Shown here one piece after another: positions 18,068 through 27,203 of a stretch of 64,000 nt of DNA (position 1 is the first letter of the stretch; every line of letters begins with the position of its first letter). Under the pieces are notes generated by a model. That model had not been told where the DNA came from. It did no database searches and saw only the letters and a program-made list of their open reading frames with translations. A program made the translations under genes and the position numbers. This DNA comes from an uncultured Muribaculaceae bacterium (GTDB lineage: Bacteria; Bacillota_I; Bacilli_A; RF39; UBA660). Where the stretch lies: assembly GCA_964453925.1 (NCBI GenBank), contig CAYVPV010000001.1, positions 46,524-110,523 on the forward strand. The letters are read 5' to 3'.

Positions 18068-20020
18068 ATGAGAAATAAAAAGGGTTTTACGTTGGTGGAA
18101 TTATTAGTTACAATTGCTCTTATGTTATCAATTCTTGGAATAGCAATAGTAAGTTTTATAAACATAAGTAATAGAAAAAAAGAGGAGTCTTGGCAAAAAG
18201 TTAAGGAACAAACTGAACTAGCAGCTGAAGAATATTATAAAATTAACGAGTATTATTTAGAATCTTTAACAACTGAAGGTGGATATGCTAGAATTAGTAT
18301 AGGTAAATTAGTAGAAGAAGATTTTTTAACTAAAACCGTTAATCCAATTAGTGGTAAAGCACTTAATAATTGTGACTATGTTGAAGTTACAAAAAATAAT
18401 TCTGGTTATTCATATAATTATGTAGAAAATAATGATAATTCAGTTTGTAACGTTGGTAATTATGCGATTGTAAGTAAACCAGGTGCTCCTTTAATTTCTG
18501 TTTCCTTGAAGAATGCACCAACTGGAAATGATAGTTATTATATAGGTGATGTAGAAATAAAAGCAACGGTTAGTACCGGTGGAAATGGTCCAATAAATGA
18601 AGTTAAATATTGCTCTACTATAACAGATTCACTTGATTGTGAGAATTATGAAAGCCTAACCGTTAAATCTGGGAAAGAAAATGATTATTATGGTACAAAT
18701 TATTCTATAAAAAATAATTCATCCGGTGTTGATGGTAATAAAGTAACTACAATTTTTATTGCGACAAATGTATCAGGTAATACCGTTTCTGGTGAAGTTA
18801 CATATAAAAAGGACACGGAAAATCCTGTTTGTAGCACGAATAACGGAACAACAACTTGGGCTAAAGATAAAAGAACGATAACACAGAATTGCACTGATAA
18901 GACAAGCGGATGTACGAAAGATAATTATAGTGTTACTTTTACAAATACAACTACAGTTGGTACGATAAAAATAGAAGATAAAGCTGGAAATACAAATAAT
19001 TGTAGTGCTAATGTTTATGTTGATGCAGATGCACCTACTTGCGGTACTGCGGCTGGTCAAGGTTCCACATCTAATTGGACTAATGGTACTAGAAATATAA
19101 CTCAAACTTGTTCGGATGGAAATGGTTCTGGTTGTAAATCTGTTACTCAATCATTTACTAATGAAGCAACAACTGGTACTATAACCGTAAAAGATAATGT
19201 AGGGCATACAAAAAAATGTACAGTAAATATATATATTGATAAAACAAAACCTTCATGCACGGTTGCTTTCAAGGGTACTTCTGGAAAAAATGGTTGGTTC
19301 ATTAAAAATAATGTTACAGTTAATTTAAGTACTTCCGATACGGGTAGTTCTGTTGCTAATAGTGGCGTTGGTTCATATGGTTTAACCACTTCTTCATCTA
19401 CTAGTTATAACAATAAAACAAGCGGAACTCAGTCTTCCGAAACCGCAGGCACTAAGTGGTATGGTTATGTTAAAGATAAGGCCGGTAATATACAAAGCTG
19501 TAATAAAACGGTTAAATTAGAAAAAGAAGTTACTATGAGTTTTAATTCGGAAAAAACCAATACTGTAAAATCTTATAATCCAGGTGGAAGTAGTCATGGT
19601 AAAGCGGTTTTTGATACTAGTAAAGGTGCGTGCGACTTTGGTAATTGCACTAATATAAAATGTAAAACAGATTCTACAAAATCAACAACGTGCTCTAAAA
19701 CATACTTTGCAAGATCTTGCATGTACGTAAATACTTATGATAGATATTTTTATGTTACTTCTGCTTCTTCTGGTACAAATAAAATAGTTAAGGTTGATGG
19801 TAGCACAAGTGATTCAGGAATGAAAAGAGTAACTACTTTAAGCAGATATGGTTGTAAAACATCTAGTAATTATTATTTTAAAACGTGTGGTAGTAGTTCT
19901 GGTGAAAGGGTTAATTTTACAGCTCATGAATATCAATATACTTCTCCAGCAGGAATAACTAGTAATAAAATAAGACTTTATGTTGAGTATACAGCAGATT
20001 GTGGTTATAAATCATATTAA
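18068..20020 (+). CDS. giant modular type IV pilin-like protein (class III signal peptide, pilin domain, Cys-rich Ig/HYR-like repeats)
   Basis: MRNKKG|FTLVELLV prepilin motif with Glu5. Repeated ~70-aa modules end in DTENPVC, DADAPTC and DKTKPSC, with D-x-AGN-like motifs (EDKAGNTNNC, KDKAGNIQSC). Confidence 0.75.
   Translation: MRNKKGFTLVELLVTIALMLSILGIAIVSFINISNRKKEESWQKVKEQTELAAEEYYKINEYYLESLTTEGGYARISIGKLVEEDFLTKTVNPISGKALNNCDYVEVTKNNSGYSYNYVENNDNSVCNVGNYAIVSKPGAPLISVSLKNAPTGNDSYYIGDVEIKATVSTGGNGPINEVKYCSTITDSLDCENYESLTVKSGKENDYYGTNYSIKNNSSGVDGNKVTTIFIATNVSGNTVSGEVTYKKDTENPVCSTNNGTTTWAKDKRTITQNCTDKTSGCTKDNYSVTFTNTTTVGTIKIEDKAGNTNNCSANVYVDADAPTCGTAAGQGSTSNWTNGTRNITQTCSDGNGSGCKSVTQSFTNEATTGTITVKDNVGHTKKCTVNIYIDKTKPSCTVAFKGTSGKNGWFIKNNVTVNLSTSDTGSSVANSGVGSYGLTTSSSTSYNNKTSGTQSSETAGTKWYGYVKDKAGNIQSCNKTVKLEKEVTMSFNSEKTNTVKSYNPGGSSHGKAVFDTSKGACDFGNCTNIKCKTDSTKSTTCSKTYFARSCMYVNTYDRYFYVTSASSGTNKIVKVDGSTSDSGMKRVTTLSRYGCKTSSNYYFKTCGSSSGERVNFTAHEYQYTSPAGITSNKIRLYVEYTADCGYKSY
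18134..18186 (+). repeat. 53-bp block identical to 20223-20275 (paralog 5' region)
   Basis: cttggaatagcaatagtaagttttataaacataagtaatagaaaaaaagagga is identical in both pilin genes. Flanking codons differ at synonymous sites. Confidence 0.85.
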
Positions 20021-20153
20021 TGCAGTGCATATATAAAATGTTACACCTTTTTGTACTGCTTTTTATTTACATAATTTATCATTAATAGGATAATATAGAG
20101 TTGAAAATAAAAAGTATATATGTTAATATTATTTTAGAATAAAGGAGCACATT

Positions 20154-22322
20154 ATGAGAAAAAAACAAAGTGGATTTACACTAATAGAATTATTAGTGAC
20201 TATAGCATTGATGCTATCTATACTTGGAATAGCAATAGTAAGTTTTATAAACATAAGTAATAGAAAAAAAGAGGAAGCGTGGAACCAGATAAAAGAACAA
20301 ATTGAAACTGCCGCAATAGAATATTTTAATTCCAACGAATATATGTTTGAAGGTTTAGGAGATGTTTCGGATGGAATCTATGGAAAAATATCTATCGGTA
20401 CTTTAGTTGAAAATGATTATATCAGTATAGTTATCAATCCGGTAACTGGTGAAGCGATTCCTAAATGCGCTTATGTAGAAATAGATAGATCTGGTAATAA
20501 ATATAGTGCGACATTTGATGAGTCTGTTATTAGTGATGCAACTGAAACAGCTTGCGACAGTAACGATTCAGTTATAGTAAGTCAAGCAAGTGGTCCAGAA
20601 TTCGAATTGGAAGGGGCCTGTCGTTTTAATGATGGAAATGGGAACACAACTGGTAATAATACGAGTGATTGGTGTTACCAGTATGATGTTACTCCAAGAA
20701 TAATTAATTTGAAAGGTAATATAGACGATGCGACAGTTGGTTACTGTGTTAGTAATGAGCCTATGTGCAATAATTTTAATGATTTTCAAAGTTTATATCC
20801 GACTGGAAGTGAAGATGAGATAAGAGGATATTTAGACGATGTTGAAGGAGAAGCCAAATATATAACAGCGGCTATTAATAATGGTAATGGTACTAGTTTA
20901 AGATCTAGTAAAATATATAATATTGATAGGACTGCTCCAAGTGGAAATATAGCTATTAATTCATCAAACGAAGATTATAATGTATATAATCCTAATATAA
21001 AGTTGCTTGCCGCAGACTCTGCCAGTGGAATTGGTTCCGTTCAATATTTAACTGACGAAGATAGTTATGAAGAATACTTTGATGGAAATCCTGGAATTAA
21101 AGATTGGTCTAAAACTATTGCAAGTGTTGATGTGAGCGGTGAAGAAAAACAAAACGGCACAACAGTTGTAAAATCAATTATTGTTAAAGATGTTGTTGGC
21201 AATTCTAGTAATGTAAATAGTAACGAATATAAGGTATATAGTGAATGTGGTGAAACTATTGCTGGAGACTCTAATACAACAACTGGTAGCTGTGATTGTG
21301 AAACAAAGCAACGTGCAATAACAACAACATCAAATTTAACGGATAAGTACACTGGAAAATCATGCGGTAAAAAAACCTCTACTAGTCAAGAGGCATGTAC
21401 ACCAACAGGTTGTACTGCAACGTGCCCAACATTTACTTATTCGGGAACTACTAATAACGGGTATTATGTTGGTTCTAGTGTTAGCATAAGAATTACACCT
21501 AATAGTTCTACTGATACTTGGGAGTGGTTTTCAAACGATGTTAAAACTGGTAATTATGTATCTTGGGGAACAAAAACAGGGACTCAAACAGTTAGCATTA
21601 CTGGCGAAGGAACAAGAAGGTTAAAGGTTATAATAACTAATAGTGCTGGAAATAGTAAGACATGTTATTCTAGTGAAATGAAAATAGACCGAACAGCACC
21701 TAATTGTCCAGCGTTCTCTTACAGCGGAACAAAGGGTGATAATGGATGGTATAGGTCAAGTATATCAATAACAGTTAATCCAACAAGTGATACTGCATCA
21801 TGGCAATGGTATACGAATCAAACAAGTAATGGTTCATGGAAATACTGGAGTAATAACACTGGTAAATTAACCAAATCAATAAGTACAGATGGTAAAAGTT
21901 TAAAAGGTCAAGTAATTGTTTCGGATGCTGCCGGCAATAAAAGAACTTGTACTATAAGTGCTTTTAATATAGATAAAACTGCTCCAACGATGAGTATAAC
22001 TTATGGCCCTAAAAAAGAAAAATGTGGTTCAAAATACTCAATTCGTACTAAATATACCGCTAATGATGCAACTTCTGGATTGTCAGTGGTAAAAGATTAT
22101 TATGGTTATGATTCTTCACTACCAAGTGCTAGTTCGTCATATTGGCGTAACAGAAGTATAACCGCAGGTGCTAGTTCATACTCGCATGATCATAACTGGG
22201 GGCCTACCTGTACTACGATGGGAACACCTGGTTCTGGACGTTGTTATAAATTAAAGTATTATTTAAAAGATAGAGCAGGCAACGTTAGAACTGGTATGAC
22301 AAGTAGTTGTGCAACATATTAA
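20154..22322 (+). CDS. giant modular type IV pilin-like protein, paralog of 18068..20020
   Basis: MRKKQSG|FTLIELLV prepilin motif. The pilin domain is homologous to the upstream gene. Modules end in DRTAPSG, DRTAPNC and DKTAPTM. AGN motifs (NSAGNSKTC, DAAGNKRTC, DRAGNVRTG) are present. Two ~95-aa tandem repeat modules lie at roughly aa 425-615. Confidence 0.75.
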   Translation: MRKKQSGFTLIELLVTIALMLSILGIAIVSFINISNRKKEEAWNQIKEQIETAAIEYFNSNEYMFEGLGDVSDGIYGKISIGTLVENDYISIVINPVTGEAIPKCAYVEIDRSGNKYSATFDESVISDATETACDSNDSVIVSQASGPEFELEGACRFNDGNGNTTGNNTSDWCYQYDVTPRIINLKGNIDDATVGYCVSNEPMCNNFNDFQSLYPTGSEDEIRGYLDDVEGEAKYITAAINNGNGTSLRSSKIYNIDRTAPSGNIAINSSNEDYNVYNPNIKLLAADSASGIGSVQYLTDEDSYEEYFDGNPGIKDWSKTIASVDVSGEEKQNGTTVVKSIIVKDVVGNSSNVNSNEYKVYSECGETIAGDSNTTTGSCDCETKQRAITTTSNLTDKYTGKSCGKKTSTSQEACTPTGCTATCPTFTYSGTTNNGYYVGSSVSIRITPNSSTDTWEWFSNDVKTGNYVSWGTKTGTQTVSITGEGTRRLKVIITNSAGNSKTCYSSEMKIDRTAPNCPAFSYSGTKGDNGWYRSSISITVNPTSDTASWQWYTNQTSNGSWKYWSNNTGKLTKSISTDGKSLKGQVIVSDAAGNKRTCTISAFNIDKTAPTMSITYGPKKEKCGSKYSIRTKYTANDATSGLSVVKDYYGYDSSLPSASSSYWRNRSITAGASSYSHDHNWGPTCTTMGTPGSGRCYKLKYYLKDRAGNVRTGMTSSCATY
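20223..20275 (+). repeat. 53-bp block identical to 18134-18186
   Basis: Read directly by comparing the two gene 5' regions. Confidence 0.85.
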
Positions 22323-22327
22323 AATAA

Positions 22328-22367
22328 AATGTAAAAATATTGATCTATTTTTACATTTTTCTTTTTT
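22328..22367 (+). terminator. intrinsic terminator after the pilin pair
   Basis: 11-bp stem aatgtaaaaat/atttttacatt followed by a T-rich tail. Confidence 0.6.
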
Positions 22368-22371
22368 AGAA

Positions 22372-22400
22372 TTGCTTATAATAATTATATCTGATATAAT
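22372..22400 (+). promoter_or_regulatory. sigma-A promoter (TTGCTT, 17-nt spacer, TATAAT)
   Basis: ttgcttataataattatatctgatataat lies directly upstream of the T-box leader. Confidence 0.5.
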
Positions 22401-22409
22401 TAAAACATA

Positions 22410-22612
22410 TTTAAATTGTTGATGAAAAATTAGTAAGTAATTATTATTTTAAAGAGAGTTAGCATTTGGTGAAAGCTGATACTTAATGTTACTGAAGCTA
22501 TTTTCGGAGAGTAGTTAACAGCTACCGGTTTAAAACCCGTTATTTAATTAAGAATAAAATAGGATGGTACCACGGCATAATCGTTCCTAGCGATAGCCTT
22601 GGTGCCTCTTTT
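22410..22612 (+). promoter_or_regulatory. T-box riboswitch leader, probable Ala specifier (GAA GCU A at 22494-22500)
   Basis: AGAGAG box, ggtgaaag distal motif, T-box sequence aataggatggtaccacgg (22558-22575), and a terminator ggtaccacgg...ccttggtgcc plus a T-run. Confidence 0.75.
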
Positions 22613-22631
22613 TAATAGAAGGAGGATAATT

Positions 22632-23186
22632 ATGGAATTAAAACAAAGAAATCCAAAGATATTTATTGTCTCTGGTAAAGCGAACTCAGGAAAGGACACT
22701 ACTTGCGATCTTATAAATAACCTTATTAGGTTAAAAGAGTTAACAAGTGTAAACTTACAATTTTCTTCATACATCAAAATGTACGCTAAAGTTATTTCTG
22801 GTTGGAATGGTGAGGAAAATACGAAACCTAGAAGCTTACTTCAGGAAATTGGAACCAGTATTATTAGGGATAAAATAGATAACGAATTCTTTATCAAAAG
22901 AATAATAGGAGATATACAGGTTTACTCATATTATTGTGATGCTATTACAATAAGTGACGCAAGGTTACCTGAAGAAATAGACTCTATATATGAAAATTTT
23001 GATAACGTAATTAGAATAAACATAGAAAGACCTAATTTTGATAATAATTTAAATAATAGAGAAAAGATGCATCGTACTGAAATAGGATTAGATGGTTATA
23101 ATAATTATGATTATGTAATAATAAATGATGGAACCATCGAAGATTTAAACAAAAAAATAGAAAAATTAATAGATGAGGTGTTATAA
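22632..23186 (+). CDS. deoxynucleotide monophosphate kinase-like P-loop protein (T4 gp1-like family)
   Basis: RBS aggagg upstream. IFIVSGKANSGKDTTCDLI resembles T4 gp1 IFLSGVKRSGKDTTADFI. The C-terminal IINDGTIEDLNKKI resembles ITNDGSLEELFSKI (recalled from memory). Confidence 0.55.
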   Translation: MELKQRNPKIFIVSGKANSGKDTTCDLINNLIRLKELTSVNLQFSSYIKMYAKVISGWNGEENTKPRSLLQEIGTSIIRDKIDNEFFIKRIIGDIQVYSYYCDAITISDARLPEEIDSIYENFDNVIRINIERPNFDNNLNNREKMHRTEIGLDGYNNYDYVIINDGTIEDLNKKIEKLIDEVL

Positions 23187-25871
23187 ATGAAACAATTAAC
23201 AAGTACTGAGATAAGAAAGATGTTTTTGGACTTTTTTGAAAGTAAAGGACATTTAGTCGTTCCATCAGCATCACTAGTGCCGGATAATGATCCATCACTT
23301 TTATGGATTAATGCAGGAGTTGCACCACTTAAAAAATACTTTGATGGAAGAGAAGTACCTCCTAAAAGAAGACTTACTAATGCTCAAAAATGCATTCGTA
23401 CCAATGATATAGAAGCAGTTGGTGATACTTATCATCATACTTTTTTTGAAATGCTTGGTAATTTTTCTATAGGCGATTATTTTAGGGAAGAAGCGCTTTC
23501 TTATGCTTGGGAGTTACTTACTAGTCCAGATTGGTTTGACATTGATAAAGAAAAGTTATATGTAACGGTTTATCCAGATGATAAAGATACGTTTAATACT
23601 TGGGTTTCTTTAGGATTAGATAAATCACATATCATTGCTTGTGAAGGTAACTTTTGGGATATAGGTCCAGGACCATGCGGCCCTGATTCTGAAATCTTTT
23701 ATGATAGAGGAGAAGAATATGATAAAAGAGGCCCAGAGTTAATTAAAGATGAAATAGATAATGACAGGTATATTGAGATATGGAACAACGTATTTAGTCA
23801 GTTTAATCACGTAGAAGGATTAGATAGAAAAGATTTTCCAGAACTACCTCATAAAAACATTGATACTGGTATGGGGCTTGAAAGATTAGTTTGTACACTT
23901 CAAAATTGTAAAACAAACTATGATACCGATCTATTTATGCCAATAATAAGAAAAGTAGAGGAAATGTCAGGTGTAAAATACACTGATCAAAAAGAAATTA
24001 GATCTATTGCAGATCACATTAGAACGCTTACTTTTTCATTATCTGATGGAGCAACTTTTTCTAACGAAGGAAGAGGATACGTTTTAAGAAGAATATTAAG
24101 GCGCGCATCTCGTTTTGGAAGAAACTTAGGAATAAATGAACCATTTATGTATAAATTAACTGATAGTGTTATAGAAATAATGAAAGATGCTTATCCATAT
24201 TTATCAGAACATAAGGAGTTAATAGATAGACAAATAAGAAAAGAAGAAGACGCATTCTTAAAAACTTTATCTTCTGGTGAAAAAAGGTTAGAGGAGCTAG
24301 TAAAAAGTGGTAAAAAAATAACTGGAGAAGATGTATTTAGACTTTATGATACATATGGATTTCCTTATGAGTTAACATGTGAAATATTAGAAGAGCAAAG
24401 TATTAAGATAAATAAAGAAGATTTTGATAAATGCATGGAGCACCAAAGAACAATGGCAAGAGGAGCATCTAAAAAACTATCTGGGATGAATGCTCAAGGC
24501 GATATTGTAAACTTTAAGGAAGAAAGTATTTTTACTGGCTATGAAAAATTAGAAGAAATTGCTAAAGTAACGTTTGTTGGTAATAATGATGGAAACGTAG
24601 ACAACATATACTCAGAAGGCGTTATAATAACTGATAAAACTCCATTTTATGCAACTATGGGCGGTCAATTAGGCGATATTGGCGTAATTACTGCTGATGG
24701 ATTAAAAGCAGAGATTTTAAAAACCGAAAAAGCTCCAAACGGACAAAACCTGCACTATATAAGATTAATTGAAGGTACTATAAAAATTGGTGATGTTGTA
24801 ACTTTATCAGTAGACAAAGAAAACAGATTTACTACTTGTCAAAATCATTCAGCAACGCACTTACTTCAAAAAGCACTTCAAAAAGTATTAGGAGATGAAG
24901 TTCATCAGGCAGGAAGCTTTGTTAATAACGAAACTTTAAGATTTGATTTTAAATACACAGGTAAGATATCTGATGATCAAGTTATAAAAACAGAAGAATT
25001 GGTAAATGAAATGATTGACGCTTGTTTACCTGCTGAAATAAAACAGATGAGTATAGATGAAGCAAAAAAAATGGGTGCTATGGCCTTATTTGGGGAAAAG
25101 TATGGTGATAAAGTTCGCGTTGTTAAATTTGGTGATTCCATTGAACTTTGTGGTGGTACTCACGTAACAAATACTGGTAACATAAGACGTTTTGCAATTA
25201 AATCTATCGAATCTAAAGGGCTTAATGTTTATAGAATTGAAGCTGTTTGCGATACTAACTTAGAAACTGAGATATTTAAGATGATTAAACCATATAATGA
25301 CGAAATGGTACTTTTACTTAAAAAGGCAAAAAGCATAATTAAAGATGCCGATAATAATGGTATAAAACTTTCATTTGATGTAAATATTTCTAACGAGAAA
25401 CCACTTTGCTATAAAGATGTTTTAGAAAATAAAGACGAAGTTTTAATGGTTAGAAAAAAAATAGCTGAATTAGAAAAAAAATACGCAGAAGAATTATCTA
25501 AAAAAGCACTTTCAAAAACTGATGAATATGTAAATGAAAAAATAACTGGTATTTATGGGGATGTCGTTATAAAAACTTTTGAAAATGAGAATATGGATGT
25601 TTTAAAATCACTTGTGGGGGCCATATCATCTAAGTTAGATAACGGTGTTGTATTTGTTGTAAACGTAAAAGAAGACGCAATTAACTTTATAGCAAAAGCA
25701 AGTGATTCATTAAAAGATAAAATAAACGTTGGTTTATTAATTAAGGATGTTGCTAAAATAGCCGAGGGAAATGGTGGTGGATCGTCTTTGTTTGCACAAG
25801 GAGGAGGAACAAACCCTGATAAGTTAGATATGATTTTAACTTATGTTAAATCTAAAATAGTGGAAGAATAA
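23187..25871 (+). CDS. alaS: alanyl-tRNA synthetase
   Basis: FLDFFESKGH, HHTFFEMLGNFS, the editing-domain HSATHLL and CGGTHV motifs, and a C-terminal DHHA1-like GGGG region. Confidence 0.95.
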   Translation: MKQLTSTEIRKMFLDFFESKGHLVVPSASLVPDNDPSLLWINAGVAPLKKYFDGREVPPKRRLTNAQKCIRTNDIEAVGDTYHHTFFEMLGNFSIGDYFREEALSYAWELLTSPDWFDIDKEKLYVTVYPDDKDTFNTWVSLGLDKSHIIACEGNFWDIGPGPCGPDSEIFYDRGEEYDKRGPELIKDEIDNDRYIEIWNNVFSQFNHVEGLDRKDFPELPHKNIDTGMGLERLVCTLQNCKTNYDTDLFMPIIRKVEEMSGVKYTDQKEIRSIADHIRTLTFSLSDGATFSNEGRGYVLRRILRRASRFGRNLGINEPFMYKLTDSVIEIMKDAYPYLSEHKELIDRQIRKEEDAFLKTLSSGEKRLEELVKSGKKITGEDVFRLYDTYGFPYELTCEILEEQSIKINKEDFDKCMEHQRTMARGASKKLSGMNAQGDIVNFKEESIFTGYEKLEEIAKVTFVGNNDGNVDNIYSEGVIITDKTPFYATMGGQLGDIGVITADGLKAEILKTEKAPNGQNLHYIRLIEGTIKIGDVVTLSVDKENRFTTCQNHSATHLLQKALQKVLGDEVHQAGSFVNNETLRFDFKYTGKISDDQVIKTEELVNEMIDACLPAEIKQMSIDEAKKMGAMALFGEKYGDKVRVVKFGDSIELCGGTHVTNTGNIRRFAIKSIESKGLNVYRIEAVCDTNLETEIFKMIKPYNDEMVLLLKKAKSIIKDADNNGIKLSFDVNISNEKPLCYKDVLENKDEVLMVRKKIAELEKKYAEELSKKALSKTDEYVNEKITGIYGDVVIKTFENENMDVLKSLVGAISSKLDNGVVFVVNVKEDAINFIAKASDSLKDKINVGLLIKDVAKIAEGNGGGSSLFAQGGGTNPDKLDMILTYVKSKIVEE

Positions 25872-25884
25872 AAGAGGTAATGAG

Positions 25885-27009
25885 ATGGAAAAAGTTGAAA
25901 CCTTAGATTTTGATGAAAAACCAAAGAAAAAAAGAAAACTAAAACGTTGGGTAAAGGTGTTTATAAGTTTATTAATGATTGTTATCATGTTTATAGTAAT
26001 ATTTTTTATAACGTTTAACTTTCTTTTGTCAGCAGTTTCTTCAAAAAGTGAAGTAATAGAATTTACAGTAGAAGAAGGATCTAGCGTTTATTCTGTAGGA
26101 AAAAAGTTAGAAAATGAAAAAATAATTCGCAGTAATTTAGCTTATAAGATATATGTTAGGTTAAAAGGAATTAATAGTTATAAAGCAGGGGTATATAAGC
26201 TTGATAAAAGTTATAACACTAAAGATATAGTCGACATATTAACTGGTAATTATTATAAGGAAAATGGTGTTACAATTACCTTTAAAGAAGGTAAAAACAT
26301 TAGGAATGTCGCAAAGGAAATATCTGAACATACTAATATTAGTAAAAGCGAGTTTTATGAAAAATTAGAGGATGAACAGTACATAGACTCATTGATTGAT
26401 GAGTATTGGTTTTTAACGGATGATATAAAAAACGAAGATATATATTACTCATTAGAAGGTTATTTATTTCCCGACACTTATTCATTTGCTGAAAATGTTT
26501 CGATAGAAAATATAATAAGTACGATGCTTAATCAAAGTGATAAAGTCTTTAGTAAATATAGATCATTAATAGATGCTAGTTCATATAGTATTAATGAAAT
26601 AGTCGCGCTTGCTTCAATGGTTGAATCAGAGGGAATATATGAAGAAGATAGAAAAGGTATTGCTGGTGTTTTTTATAATAGGTTAAACGCCGGAATGGCA
26701 CTTGGAAGTGATGTTACAACGTATTATGCTTTTAAGGTTGAGTTAGGTCAAAGAGATCTTACTGCAACTGAAATAAATACATATAATCCTTATAATACAA
26801 GGGGACCTTTAATGAATGGCAAATTACCAGTTGGAGCAATATGCAATTTTTCTGAGACATCATTAGACGCAGTTTTAAATCCTATAAGTAGTGATTATTA
26901 TTATTTTGTAGCGGACAAATCTGGTAAAACTCATTTTACTAAAACTTATGAAGAACATTTAAAGGTAATATCTGAGTTAAAAGAGTCCGGGAACTGGATA
27001 GAATTATAA
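25885..27009 (+). CDS. mltG: endolytic murein transglycosylase MltG (YceG family)
   Basis: N-terminal TM segment. LASMVESEG, YNRL, SDVT.YY and YNTY motifs are characteristic of YceG. Confidence 0.85.
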   Translation: MEKVETLDFDEKPKKKRKLKRWVKVFISLLMIVIMFIVIFFITFNFLLSAVSSKSEVIEFTVEEGSSVYSVGKKLENEKIIRSNLAYKIYVRLKGINSYKAGVYKLDKSYNTKDIVDILTGNYYKENGVTITFKEGKNIRNVAKEISEHTNISKSEFYEKLEDEQYIDSLIDEYWFLTDDIKNEDIYYSLEGYLFPDTYSFAENVSIENIISTMLNQSDKVFSKYRSLIDASSYSINEIVALASMVESEGIYEEDRKGIAGVFYNRLNAGMALGSDVTTYYAFKVELGQRDLTATEINTYNPYNTRGPLMNGKLPVGAICNFSETSLDAVLNPISSDYYYFVADKSGKTHFTKTYEEHLKVISELKESGNWIEL

Positions 27010-27203
27010 AAAGTTCGTATTAAAATCATGAACTTTTTTCTTTTTCATAGCAAAAAAAGTAAATGTTGTGATTTAAATTTTAAACAAATCATAAAAAAAA
27101 TAATAATCTTTTTTATGTTTATAATGCATAATATAAACTCTGATAATTTATACTGGTTTTTTACGTAATTTTATGATATAGTAGGAAACCAGGAAGTGAT
27201 TTA

